The notes beneath the pieces were generated by a model. It was given only the letters and a program-made list of their open reading frames with translations. It searched no databases and was not told where the DNA came from. A stretch of 43,026 bases of DNA from Acidobacteriota bacterium (GTDB taxonomy: Bacteria > Acidobacteriota > Terriglobia > Terriglobales > Acidobacteriaceae). The DNA lies in NCBI GenBank assembly GCA_040388825.1, contig JAZKBC010000096.1, positions 44,186 to 87,211 on the forward strand, in the 5' to 3' direction. Positions 17,318-28,100 of the stretch are shown here, piece after piece. The number at the start of each line of letters is the position of its first letter. Positions within the stretch are counted from its first letter, which is position 1. The position numbers and the translations under genes are program-made.

Positions 17318-18537
17318 AGATGGTGATGCACGGGCGGAGAGCACGGCATCCGCTGGTGGTGCGGGTTTTGCTAGCGCTGCTGGGAGGGGCCGGTGTCGCT
17401 GTGCTGGTGAGCTATTGGGCGGTGCGGCATTATCAGCTGCCCGCACCTACGGGGCCGTTTGCAGTGGGCACGCGGATTCTGAATTTGACTGACGCTGCGC
17501 GGCGGGAGGAGCTTTCTGGCGATCCGGCGGCGAAGCGGGAGCTGGTGGTGCAGGTGTGGTATCCGGCGGAGGATTCGGCGAATCCCATCGCTCAATATAA
17601 GCGGTGGCACGAGACGCTGCCGAGCACGTTTTATGAGGCGCTGATTTCAACGCACTCGCGGGTGGATGCTCCGATTGCGCACAGCGGCGAGCCGTACCCG
17701 GTGCTGCTGTATGGGAATCGCTGGAATGGAGAACGGACGCAGAACACGGAGCTTGCCGAGGAGCTGGCGAGTCATGGGTATGTAGTGGTGGCGGTGGACC
17801 GGCCCTATAACTCATCGCGAGTGTTGATGGCCGATGGGCAAGTGATTGAGGGAAAGCAGGATATGCGCGGGCCGCGTGGGGATGCGGCGACCGCGGCGGA
17901 GCAGATCGATTTCTGGAACAGGTCGCTGGAGGTTTGGGCGGCGGATGATCTGTTCGTTTTAACTTGGCTGGTGTCGCTGAATGCTGATGCGAGCGCGTGG
18001 CCGCAGGGGAGATTGGATACGAAGAATGTGGGGGCGCTGGGGCACTCGTTTGGTGGGGCGGTAGCGTTTCGACTTTGTGGGATGGATGCGCGAGTGAAGG
18101 CCGCGGTGAATCTGGATGGGTGGACGTTTGGAGCTTTGAAACAAAGGACTGCGGCGCAGACCGTGATGATTTTCGATGAGGGATCCGCGAGAGACCGTCG
18201 CAAGGAGTTAAAGCAATTGCCTTTTCCGGGCAGTGTTGACGATCAGATGGATCGCGCGGACTTTGCAGCGGTGGATTCGGGGCTGGCCAAGGCGGGCGGG
18301 TATCGGATGTATGTGGCGGGGACACAGCATATGGACTTTACGGACCAGCCGATGCTGCCGCCGCTGCATCGGGGATCGTTTACAGGGCCGATTGCGGCGG
18401 GCGCGGTTGACGCGATTCTGCGGCAGACGGTGTTGGCGTTCTTCGATCAGAGCCTGCGGGGAAAGAGATCGGCGCTGCTGGAGCCGGGGCAGAAGACGTT
18501 TCCTGAGTTGACCGTGGAGACGTGGCCAGGGCGGTAG
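17314..18537 (+). CDS. PAF-acetylhydrolase-like alpha/beta hydrolase with N-terminal membrane anchor
   Basis: ATG 17314 overlaps the upstream stop (ATGA). 'LPAPTGPFAVG', 'RELVVQVWYP', nucleophile 'GHSFGG', 'NLDG', 'QHMDFTD'. Confidence 0.85.
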   Translation: MKMVMHGRRARHPLVVRVLLALLGGAGVAVLVSYWAVRHYQLPAPTGPFAVGTRILNLTDAARREELSGDPAAKRELVVQVWYPAEDSANPIAQYKRWHETLPSTFYEALISTHSRVDAPIAHSGEPYPVLLYGNRWNGERTQNTELAEELASHGYVVVAVDRPYNSSRVLMADGQVIEGKQDMRGPRGDAATAAEQIDFWNRSLEVWAADDLFVLTWLVSLNADASAWPQGRLDTKNVGALGHSFGGAVAFRLCGMDARVKAAVNLDGWTFGALKQRTAAQTVMIFDEGSARDRRKELKQLPFPGSVDDQMDRADFAAVDSGLAKAGGYRMYVAGTQHMDFTDQPMLPPLHRGSFTGPIAAGAVDAILRQTVLAFFDQSLRGKRSALLEPGQKTFPELTVETWPGR

Positions 18538-18745
18538 TCGTGCGCCAGTGGGGTCACCGGGGGCAAGTTACCTTCGGTGGATGCGGTGAGGGCACCCTTA
18601 CAACTTAGTTGCTATGCCCTGTTGCGCGCCAAAAGGCGATGCTAGGGGGAGCAGCCGCTCTATAGGACTTCGTGTGCCTTGCAAAAGACGCCGTGGTGCG
18701 GAGCTGCGGCAAGACTCGGGTCACAGACAGGACAGAACAGCAGGC

Positions 18746-20116
18746 ATGGAAAACGTTATCGCCACAAAGCCGGCTGCAATTGAGACGCCCAGAGTTGGGA
18801 TGTCGGCGCTCGAGTCGAAGGCGCTGCGGGCGACGATCTGGACGGTGCTGGACTATGGCGCGGGGCAAGGGCTGCGCGTGGTGAACAGCCTGGTGCTGAC
18901 GCGGCTGCTGGACCCGGCTGCGTTCGGCGAGATGGCGCTGGTGACTACGCTGATCGTGGGGATGACACTGCTTTCGGACCTGGGGCTGGGGCCGAGCGTG
19001 ATTCAGAGCCAGCGTGGGGATGAGCCGAATTTTCTGAATACGGCGTGGACGTTGCAGGCCGGGCGCGGGTTGATCCTGTGGTGTGCTTCGCTGGTGCTGG
19101 CGTATCCAGCGGCAAAGTTTTATCACGATCCGAAGCTGCTGAAGCTGCTGCCGATTCTTTCGCTGAGTGTGATCCTGACAGGCTTCAACAGCACGGGATT
19201 GCTCACACTTTCGCGGCACATGGGCGTGCGGCGGTTGTTTGCGGTGGACTTCAGCACGCAGATTGTGGCGCTGGTGGTGACGGTGACGTGGGCGTGGTAT
19301 CGGCCTTCGGTGTGGGCGCTGGTGGCTGGACTGCTGGTTTCAAGCACCTACAGACTGGTGCTAAGTCATTCGCAGAAAGCTGTGCCAGGAGTGCGGAATC
19401 GCTTTTGCCTGGACCGCAGTTGCTTAAAGGATATTGTTCACTTCGGCAAATGGATTGTGCTGGGGACGGCGTTCTTCTTCTTTGCTTCGCAGGCTGATCG
19501 TCTGATCCTGGGACGGTTGGTGACGATGACGGTGCTGGGCATCTATGGGATTGCGTTCCAGATCTCCGACGTGCCGCGGTCGATCATCAACGCTTTCTCG
19601 CAGAAGGTGGGCTTCCCTTTTGTGGCGAAGATGATTCATCTGCCGATGGCGGAGTTCCGCAAGCAATACCTGCGCTACAGGCTGTACGCTCTGCTGCTGG
19701 GCGCGATGCTGTTGAGCGCGATGGCGGTGTGGGGTGGGCTGATCATCCTGAAGTTCTATCCGGCACGGTATGCGGAAGGCTCGTGGATGATCCCGGTGCT
19801 GGCGATCGGACTGTGGCACACGCTGCTGTATACGACGACGCAGCCGGTGCTGTTCTCGATGGGTAAGTCGAGCTATAACGCGGTTGGCAACGCGTGCTAT
19901 GCGACAGCGATGCTGGTGGGGATTCCGCTGGGCTACCACTTTTATGGATTGTTTGGCGCCGTGGTGGCTGTGGCCGCCGGCGATTTTCCGCTGTATGTCG
20001 TTACTCAATTTGGGGCAACACGCGAAGGCGTGAAGCCGCTGTGGCAAGACCTGCAGTTGACTGGAGTGTTTCTTGCCGCACTGATCATCGACCTGGCGCT
20101 ACGCAAAAGCTTGTGA
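18746..20116 (+). CDS. Wzx-type oligosaccharide flippase (PST/MOP family)
   Basis: Likely start is ATG 18746 (MENVIATK). 'LTRLLDPAAFG', 'SDLGLGPSVIQ', 'NTAWTLQ', 'HFGKW', 'QADRLILGRL...LGIYGIA', and many TM helices. Confidence 0.9.
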   Translation: MENVIATKPAAIETPRVGMSALESKALRATIWTVLDYGAGQGLRVVNSLVLTRLLDPAAFGEMALVTTLIVGMTLLSDLGLGPSVIQSQRGDEPNFLNTAWTLQAGRGLILWCASLVLAYPAAKFYHDPKLLKLLPILSLSVILTGFNSTGLLTLSRHMGVRRLFAVDFSTQIVALVVTVTWAWYRPSVWALVAGLLVSSTYRLVLSHSQKAVPGVRNRFCLDRSCLKDIVHFGKWIVLGTAFFFFASQADRLILGRLVTMTVLGIYGIAFQISDVPRSIINAFSQKVGFPFVAKMIHLPMAEFRKQYLRYRLYALLLGAMLLSAMAVWGGLIILKFYPARYAEGSWMIPVLAIGLWHTLLYTTTQPVLFSMGKSSYNAVGNACYATAMLVGIPLGYHFYGLFGAVVAVAAGDFPLYVVTQFGATREGVKPLWQDLQLTGVFLAALIIDLALRKSL

Positions 20117-20204
20117 CCCTTTCTATGTAGAGGGCGCAACGCAGGAAGTATCGTATCCGGTCGAAACGTAGATGACACTTGAGTCATTCGTCGGGAAAGA
20201 AAAG

Positions 20205-22127
20205 ATGGCACCGCTTTTCCAAACCAACTCGGAAGATGTCGCAGGGCTCTCGCAGCAGGAGATTCTAGACAGTTGCGGCAACACGCTTGCGTCCTGGTTT
20301 ACCCAAAGTTGCGAGCGGCATGCTAAGCGCGTGGCTATCAGTCTTGGCTCGGAGCAGGTGACGTACGCGGAACTGCAGAGTGCAGCGATGAAGATTGCCG
20401 CGGCACTGGCAGAGGCGGAGTTGGCTGCCGATGCGCTGGTGGCGATACATTTGGAACGATCGACAGAGATGGTGGCTGCGATGGCCGGCGTGATTCTGGC
20501 CGGCGCTGCGTATCTGCCGCTCGACCCGCAGTACCCGACAGCGCGGGTTCGCGAGACGCTGGAGGACGCTAAGCCGGTGGCCATCCTGACGGATCGTGCA
20601 GGCGCGGAGAGGTTGCGGGATGTGGGCTCGCGCGTTCTTGTGGTGGAGGAACTGCTTGCGGAGCCGCTGAGAAGCGCGGAGTTGCGTCATGCAGCGTTGG
20701 ATGATCTTGCTTATGTGATCTACACGTCGGGTTCAACCGGCAAGCCGAAGGGCGTGATGGTGACGCATCGCAATGTGGCGCGATTGCTCAAGCAGACCGA
20801 GGCTTGGTTTCACTTTGACGAGAGTGATGTGTGGACGATGTTCCATTCGTTCGCGTTCGACTTTTCTGTTTGGGAGATGTGGGGATGCCTGCTGTATGGC
20901 GGACGGCTGGTGGTGGTGCCGCATGCAATCAGCCGGTCTCCGGATGAGTTCTATGCGCTGCTGGCGGAAGAGCGCGTGACGGTGCTGAATCAGACGCCGA
21001 CGGCATTCGGCTTGCTGATGCAGGCGGAGGCACGAGGACCGGCAAGGGAGCTTGCGCTGCGCTTGGTGATCTTTGGTGGCGAGGCCTTGAATTTGCGTTC
21101 GCTGGTGGCGTGGTTCGGACGGCATGGCGAAGACTCGCCACAGCTGGTGAATATGTACGGAATTACTGAGACCACCGTACATGTGACGTATCGGCGGATT
21201 TATGCGGCGGATGCTCAAGGTGAAGTGGAAAGCCTGATAGGCGAACCGATTCCTGACCTGAGGATTCATCTGCTGGATGAGGCTCTGCTGCCAGTGGAAG
21301 ACGGCACCGTCGGCGAGATATTTGTGGGCGGAGAGGGCGTGGCTCGCGGATATTTAAACCGGCCCGAGCTGACGGCGGAGCGCTTTCTTGCCGACCCACT
21401 GGTGCCGGGAGCGAAGCTGTATCGCTCAGGGGACCTCGCTTGCAGGCGTGCTGATGGCGAGCTCGTGTATATGGGCCGAGCAGACCGGCAGGTGAAGGTC
21501 AATGGGTTTCGGATTGAACTGGGGGAGATTGAGGCGCGATTGCTAGAGGTTGCGGGCGTGGCGCAGGTTTGCGTGGTGGCTCGCGAGGACAACGGAGCGC
21601 AGAGACTGGCGGGTTATGTGGTCGCCGATTCGACGGGGTTCGACGCATTGGCTCGATTTGCAGAGCAACATCTTCCGATCCATATGCGCCCGGCCGTTTA
21701 TGTGCGGATGGATGCATTGCCGATTAATGCCAACGGCAAGATTGACCGCACGGCGTTACCGGAACCGCGGCGCGCGAGTGCGTCGACAGGACATGAGACT
21801 GCCGCGGCCTCGTCGCAAGAAAAAGTCGTTGCCGAAGTGTGGCAAAGAGTCCTCGGGACGGAACACGTTGGGCTGGATGAGAACTTTTTTGACGCGGGGG
21901 GAAGCTCGGTGATGTTGATTGCGTTGCGTACGGAGCTGCAGACTGCCCTGAAAGTTACGCTGCCGGTGACCTGGCTCTTTGAACATACAACGATTCGTTC
22001 GCTGGCGGCGCGGCTCGAACGCGAGACACAGGTACAGACCAGTGGGACGAGTGTGGTTGCTTCCAAGGCGCAGCAACAACGGGATTCGTTCGCGCGCATG
22101 CGTGCGCTGAGAGGAAGTGCGCGATGA
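20205..22127 (+). CDS. Stand-alone NRPS loading module, A-PCP, predicted Thr-specific
   Basis: Alternative start at 20172. Core motifs 'YTSGSTGKPKG', 'NMYGITE', 'YRSGDL', 'NGKIDR'. Specificity residues read by eye as DFWNIGMVHK (Thr). PCP 'FFDAGGSS'. Confidence 0.92.
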   Translation: MAPLFQTNSEDVAGLSQQEILDSCGNTLASWFTQSCERHAKRVAISLGSEQVTYAELQSAAMKIAAALAEAELAADALVAIHLERSTEMVAAMAGVILAGAAYLPLDPQYPTARVRETLEDAKPVAILTDRAGAERLRDVGSRVLVVEELLAEPLRSAELRHAALDDLAYVIYTSGSTGKPKGVMVTHRNVARLLKQTEAWFHFDESDVWTMFHSFAFDFSVWEMWGCLLYGGRLVVVPHAISRSPDEFYALLAEERVTVLNQTPTAFGLLMQAEARGPARELALRLVIFGGEALNLRSLVAWFGRHGEDSPQLVNMYGITETTVHVTYRRIYAADAQGEVESLIGEPIPDLRIHLLDEALLPVEDGTVGEIFVGGEGVARGYLNRPELTAERFLADPLVPGAKLYRSGDLACRRADGELVYMGRADRQVKVNGFRIELGEIEARLLEVAGVAQVCVVAREDNGAQRLAGYVVADSTGFDALARFAEQHLPIHMRPAVYVRMDALPINANGKIDRTALPEPRRASASTGHETAAASSQEKVVAEVWQRVLGTEHVGLDENFFDAGGSSVMLIALRTELQTALKVTLPVTWLFEHTTIRSLAARLERETQVQTSGTSVVASKAQQQRDSFARMRALRGSAR

Positions 22128-25100
22128 GCGAACTATCGTCGACCGTCGAAGAGAACGTGCAGGATATGGGCGCGGCAGTCGCGATCATCGGGATGGCCGG
22201 ACAGTTTCCGGGGGCACCCGATGTTGGCAGCTTCTGGAAGAACCTGGTCGAGGGTAAAGATTCTATTACGCGTTTTAGCGCGGCGGAATCGCAGACGCGG
22301 AACTCGATGGGGGCTGAAGAGGCGAAGGATTTTGTCGCGGCTCGCGGTGTGCTGGACGATGCAGCGATGTTCGACGCCGACTTCTTTGGCATCAATCCGC
22401 GCGAGGCGGAGAGGATGGATCCACAGCATCGCGTGTTTCTGGAAGCGTGCTCGAATGCGTTGGAGACCGCTGGATATGTGGCACAGGAATATCCAGGCGA
22501 GATTGGACTGTTTGCCGGATGCGCGATGAATACGTATCTGCTGGCAAATCTCTGCGGCGACCGCGCGTTCATCGATCAGTTCACCGCGAACTATCAGGTG
22601 GGTGAATATCAGATTCTGACCGGGAACGATAAAGACTTTTTGACGACGCGGGTGGCCTACAAGCTGAACCTGCGCGGACCGGTGATGACGGTACAGGGAG
22701 CCTGTGCGACGTCGCTGGTAGCGATTTGTCAGGCGGCGCAATCACTGCTGAATTATCAGTGTGAGATGGCGTTGGCCGGTGGCGTTTCGATTACGTTTCC
22801 GCAGCTGCGCGGGCATGTCCACCAGGAAGGCGGGCTGGCTTCGAGCGATGGTTTCTGCAGACCGTTCGATGCAAAGGCTGCGGGCACGGTGTTTGGACAT
22901 GGCGCGGGTGTGGTGTTACTGAAGCGCTACGAAGATGCAGTGCGCGATGGCGATGCGATTGCCGCGGTGATTCGCGGGTTTGCAGTTAATAACGATGGAG
23001 CGCATAAGGCCGGGTACATGGCTCCGGGAGTCGATGGGCAGGCGCGAGTGATTGCCGCGGCGCAGGCGATGGCCGGAGTGAGCGCGGATTCGATCAGTTA
23101 TATAGAGGCCCACGGAACGGGAACGCCGATGGGTGACCCGATCGAGATCGCTGCGCTGACCAAGGCGTTCCGAGAGAGTACCGGGCGCAAAGGATTTTGT
23201 GCTGTCGGAACGGCGAAGGGAAACGTTGGACACCTGGATGCCGCTGCCGGCGTGACTGGCGTGATCAAGACGGTGATGTCGTTGCAGCATCGGATGATTC
23301 CGGGGCTCGCGCACTTTGAGAAACCGAACGAGGAGTTGCGCCTTGCAGAGACTCCGTTCACGCTGAGCGGAGAGACGAAGCCTTGGGTTGCTGATGGGCC
23401 GCTGCGGGCTGGCGTGAGCGCGTTTGGTGTGGGCGGCGTGAATGCGCACGTGATTCTGGAAGAGGCACCGCGGGTTGCGAGCGGCGCGAGCACTCGCGCG
23501 AAGCAGGTGTTGTGTTTGTCCGCTGGGTCAGACCAGGCACTGAACGAAGCGAAGACGAAGCTGGCGGCGCATCTCGAAGCCGATTCCGACGCAGTGCTTG
23601 TCGATGTGGCTTACACACTGGCCGCTGGGCGGAAAGCCTACCAGCAACGCTTTGCTATCGCGGCGACCGATGCGACGAACGCAGTTGTTGCTCTGCGTGC
23701 TGGAGCGAAGCGCACAGAGAAGATCGATTCGAGTGCGAGGCGAGTGGCGTTTCTGTTCTCCGGCCAGGGCTCGCAGTTTGTCGGTATGGGTAAGGAACTG
23801 TACGCCAGCAACGCCGTCTATCAGCGCTCGATCGACGAGTGCTGCGAAATTGTGCAACGCGTGGCTCGGCTTGATCTGCGTGGGGTGATGTTTGCGGAGG
23901 AGAGCGAGGCGGCTACGCTTCGGCTGCAAGAGACGCGGCATGCGCAGCCAGCGTTGTTTGCAACCGAACTGGCGCTTGCGAGGCTTTGGCAGAGCTGGGG
24001 TATTGAGGCCGCGGCCAGCGTGGGACATAGCCTGGGCGAATTTGTAGCGGCGACGCTGGCAGGTGTATTCAGCATAGAAGATGCGCTGCGGCTGGTTTGT
24101 TTGCGTGGGCAATTGATGCAGCAGATGGTGCCGGGAGCGATGATCTCCGTTCCATTAGGCGAAGAGGCGTTGGCTGCTTTTGTTTCGGATGAGGTATGCG
24201 TGGCGGCTTTGAATTCGCCGCGCGCCAGTGTGCTGGCTGGATCGCTGCATGCGATTGCAGAGCTGGAGGCACGGTTCGAGCGCGAGGGAGTTGCGGCGCG
24301 GCGGTTGCGGACTTCGCATGCGTTCCACTCAGCGATGATGGAGCCGATGCTCGCGGAGTTTGAGGCAGAGGTTGCGCGGTGTGAGCGCAAGGCTCCGTTG
24401 CGGCGTTTTGTTTCGAGCGTCACTGGAACATGGATTACAGATGAACAGGCGACAAGTCCGCAATTCTGGGCGGAGCAGTGCCGCAAACCGGTGCGCTTTA
24501 GCGATGCGGTAGAGACGCTGCTTGCCGATGGTGTCAACGTGTTGCTGGAAGTCGGGCCGGGTGAGGCGCTGACCGCGCTGGCTTCACAGCAACGTGTGGA
24601 CGAGCGCAAGTTTGTTGCTGTGGCTTCCCTTCCCGCGCCGCGCGCAGGTGCGGCGTCGCGTTCGATTGAAGATACCGTCGCGGGGCTTTGGAGCGCTGGA
24701 GTCGCGGTGGATTGGGCGAAGTATTTTGGAGGGGAGCGGAGAATCCGTGTAGCCCTGCCGACGTATCCGTTTGAACGAAAACTTTACTGGGTTGAGCCGC
24801 CGGCCAAACAGCCGGCGTTGAACGCGCCGCAAGAGCGAACCGTTCAGGAGACGAACAACATGCAAACGCCAGGATCTGTTGTAGAAGCTTCGCCTGTCGC
24901 AGGTGAAACCGCTTCGCGTACGGAACGACTTCGCGCTGAAGCAGCCGCCGTGTTCGCGGATCTGAGCGGCATTGAGATTCGAGCGGAGGAGATGGAGCTT
25001 TCCTTCCTGGAGTTGGGGTTGGACTCGCTGTTCCTGACGCAGGCTACGCTCTCATTGCAGAAAAAGTTTGGAGTGAAGGTGACTTTCCGGCAGTTGATGG

Positions 25101-28100
25101 AGCAGTGCTCGTCGATTGTAAGTTTGGCAGATCACCTGGATGCACTAATGCCTCCGGATGCTCCCAAGGTTGCGACTCCTGCTGTGGTGGCTGCGACGAG
25201 CGCGCCACTTGTTGCGGCGAATGGAACGCAGCAGCCGCTGGAGCGGTTGCTGGCCGATCAATTAGCGGCGTTGTCTGAGATGTTTGCATCGCAGGTAGCT
25301 ACACTGCGTGCGGCGGCTGGTGGTGCAACTCCTGCGGCTGCGATAGCTCCATTCGTTGCCGCTCCTGTTGCGGTGCCACCGAGCAAGACCGCGGCTGCTT
25401 CGGCTGATAGTGGCGAGGTGCGGTTCCGGCCCGCGCAGGTGAAGGTTTCAGCTGAGCTGGATGCGGAGCAGCAGCGTTATATCGATGAGTTGATCGCAAA
25501 GTATGCGGCGAAGACGCCGGGGTCAAAACGGATGACGCAGGCTTCGCGCGGACGCCTGGCGGATCCGCGTGCCGTGGCTGGGTTCCGGCCGCAGTGGAAG
25601 GAGATGGTGTATCCGCTGCTGACTGATCGCGCGCAGGGATCGCGGATTTGGGATGTCGATGGCAACGAGTACATCGACGTTGTTAATGGATACGGTTGCA
25701 TCATGTTTGGGCACTCGCCAAAGTTTGTGGTGGACGCGGCACATGCACAGCTGGATCGCGGGGTGGCGATTGGCCCGCAGTCAGTGCTGGCGGGTGAGGT
25801 GGCGGCGCTGATCTGTGAACTGACTGGCAATGAACGTGTGACGTTCTGCAATACGGGTTCGGAAGCCGTGATGGCTGCGATCCGCGTGGCTCGCACCGTG
25901 ACCGGGCGCGACAAGTTTGTGTACTTCACTGGGGACTATCACGGGACATTTGACGAAGTTCTGATTCGCAGCACACCGCGCGGCAGTGCGCCGGTGGCTC
26001 CGGGTATTCCGCTGGCGAACGTGACGAATGTGGTCGTGCTGGACTACGGAGCGCAGGCTTCGCTGGACTACATCCGCGAGCATGGCGAAGAGATTGCCGC
26101 CGTGTTGATTGAGCCGGTGCAGACGCGGCATCCGGAGAACAAGCCATTTGAATTTATTCGTTCGATTCGCACAATCACGGAGCAAACCGGATCGGCGATG
26201 ATCATCGATGAAGTTGTGACGGGATTTCGCCTGGCGCCGGGTGGCGTGCAGGAGTTCCTTGGCGTGCGTGCAGATATGTGCACGTATGGCAAGGTGATTG
26301 GCGGCGGGCATCCGATCGGTGTGCTTTCGGGCAAGGCACAGTACCTGGATGCGCTCGACGGTGGTGCGTGGCAGTTTGGCGATGATTCAGCGCCGGAAGT
26401 TGGCGTGACATTTTTCGCAGGGACGTTTGTGCGGCACCCGCTGGCGATGGCTGCGGCTCGCGCGGTTTTGACGCACTTGAAGAATGCAGGCGGCGAGTTG
26501 CAGCGGGAGTTGAACCGGAAGACGGCAAAGATCGCGGAGTCGCTTGATGCATTCTTCCAGGAGCGGGGCGTGCCCAGCCGGGTGCACCATTTCGCTTCGT
26601 GGTTCTATTTCACGTTTCCGGGCGAAGCGAAGCTGGCAAGCTTGTTTTACTACGCGATGCGCGCGAAAGGCATACATATTCAGGAAGGCTATCCGTGCTT
26701 CCTGACGACGGCGCATACCGATGCCGATCTTGAGGCTGTCGAACGCGCATTCCGCGAGACGATCGTGGAAATGCAGCAGAATCGTGCGATGCCGGGCGGC
26801 AACGAAACCGCCGTGCAGCCGAGGCTGCAGGAGCCGGCGCTGCATGCGCTCGCACTACGAAACACTCCCGAGCGTGTAGCGATGACCGAGCCGCAGCGTG
26901 AGGTATTCCTGGCGGCGGCGTTGAGCGATGAATCAAACTGCGCGTTCAACGAATCGCTTACCGTGAAGCTGCGTGGGCCGGTGCGCATCGACGACCTGCG
27001 GTTTGCGCTGGAGGCGGTGATCTCGCGCCATGATGCTTTGCGCAGCGTAGTTTGCGAAGATGGCGATTGCCTTTGTGTGGATCCGGTGTATAGCGGGTCG
27101 ACCGAGGTGATCGATCTTCGCGGTGAGACAGCGGAGAAGCAGCAGACGATTCTCGCGGAGCGGGTTGCGCATGAGGGCAAGACTCCGTTTGATCTGCAAC
27201 AGGGGCCGCTGGTGCGCTCGGCTTGCTATGTGCTGAGCGGGGAAGAGACCGTGCTGGTGTTGACGGCGCATCACATTGTTCTGGATGGGTGGTCGGCGAA
27301 TCAGCTGCTGGAAGAGATCTCTGTGGTCTATAGCAAGGGCGCGGCGGCGTTGACGACGCTGGCTCCGCTGCTGCCGTTCAGCAGCTATGCGGTGCGAGAG
27401 AATGAGCGCCAGCAGTCCGGCGACTTTGCCAATAACGAGAAGTACTGGGTTGCGAAGTTTGAAGGGCGATCGCCGCGGCTCGACCTGCCGACAGACCGGG
27501 TGCGGCCCACGGCGAAGAGCTACAGCGGTGCAACGCTCGAAGGCAAGCTGGGCAAAGAGCTTTATGACGGGCTGAAGAAGCTAAGCGCGAAGAACGGCTG
27601 CAGCTTGTATGTGACGCTGCTTTCGAGCTTTCAACTGCTGATGCACCGGCTGACGAAACAGGATGAAGTGGTGGTGGGAATTTCTACAGCTGGGCAGGCG
27701 CTGCTGGATGGAGCGAGCCTGGTGGGGCATTGCGTGAACTTCCTGCCGATGTTGAGCGAGCTCGGTGCGGAAACGACACTACCGGAACATCTGCGCGCGA
27801 CGCGGAGTTCCCTGCTCGATGCGCAGGATCACCAGGAATTCACTTATGGAAGCCTGGTGCGGAAGCTTCCGCTGGAGCGCGAGGCGGGGCGGCTGCCGCT
27901 GATCGAGGTGCAGTTCAATTTGGAGAAGGTGGGAACGAATGTGCGCTTTGATGGACTTGAAGCGGAGATTCGCACGAACGCAAAACAGTTTGTCAATACC
28001 GACCTGTTCCTGAACGTGGTGGAGAGCGCAAGCGGGCTGGACTTTGCTTGCGACTACAACACGGAGTTGTTTGACGCAGCAACGCTGGAGCGCTGGATGC

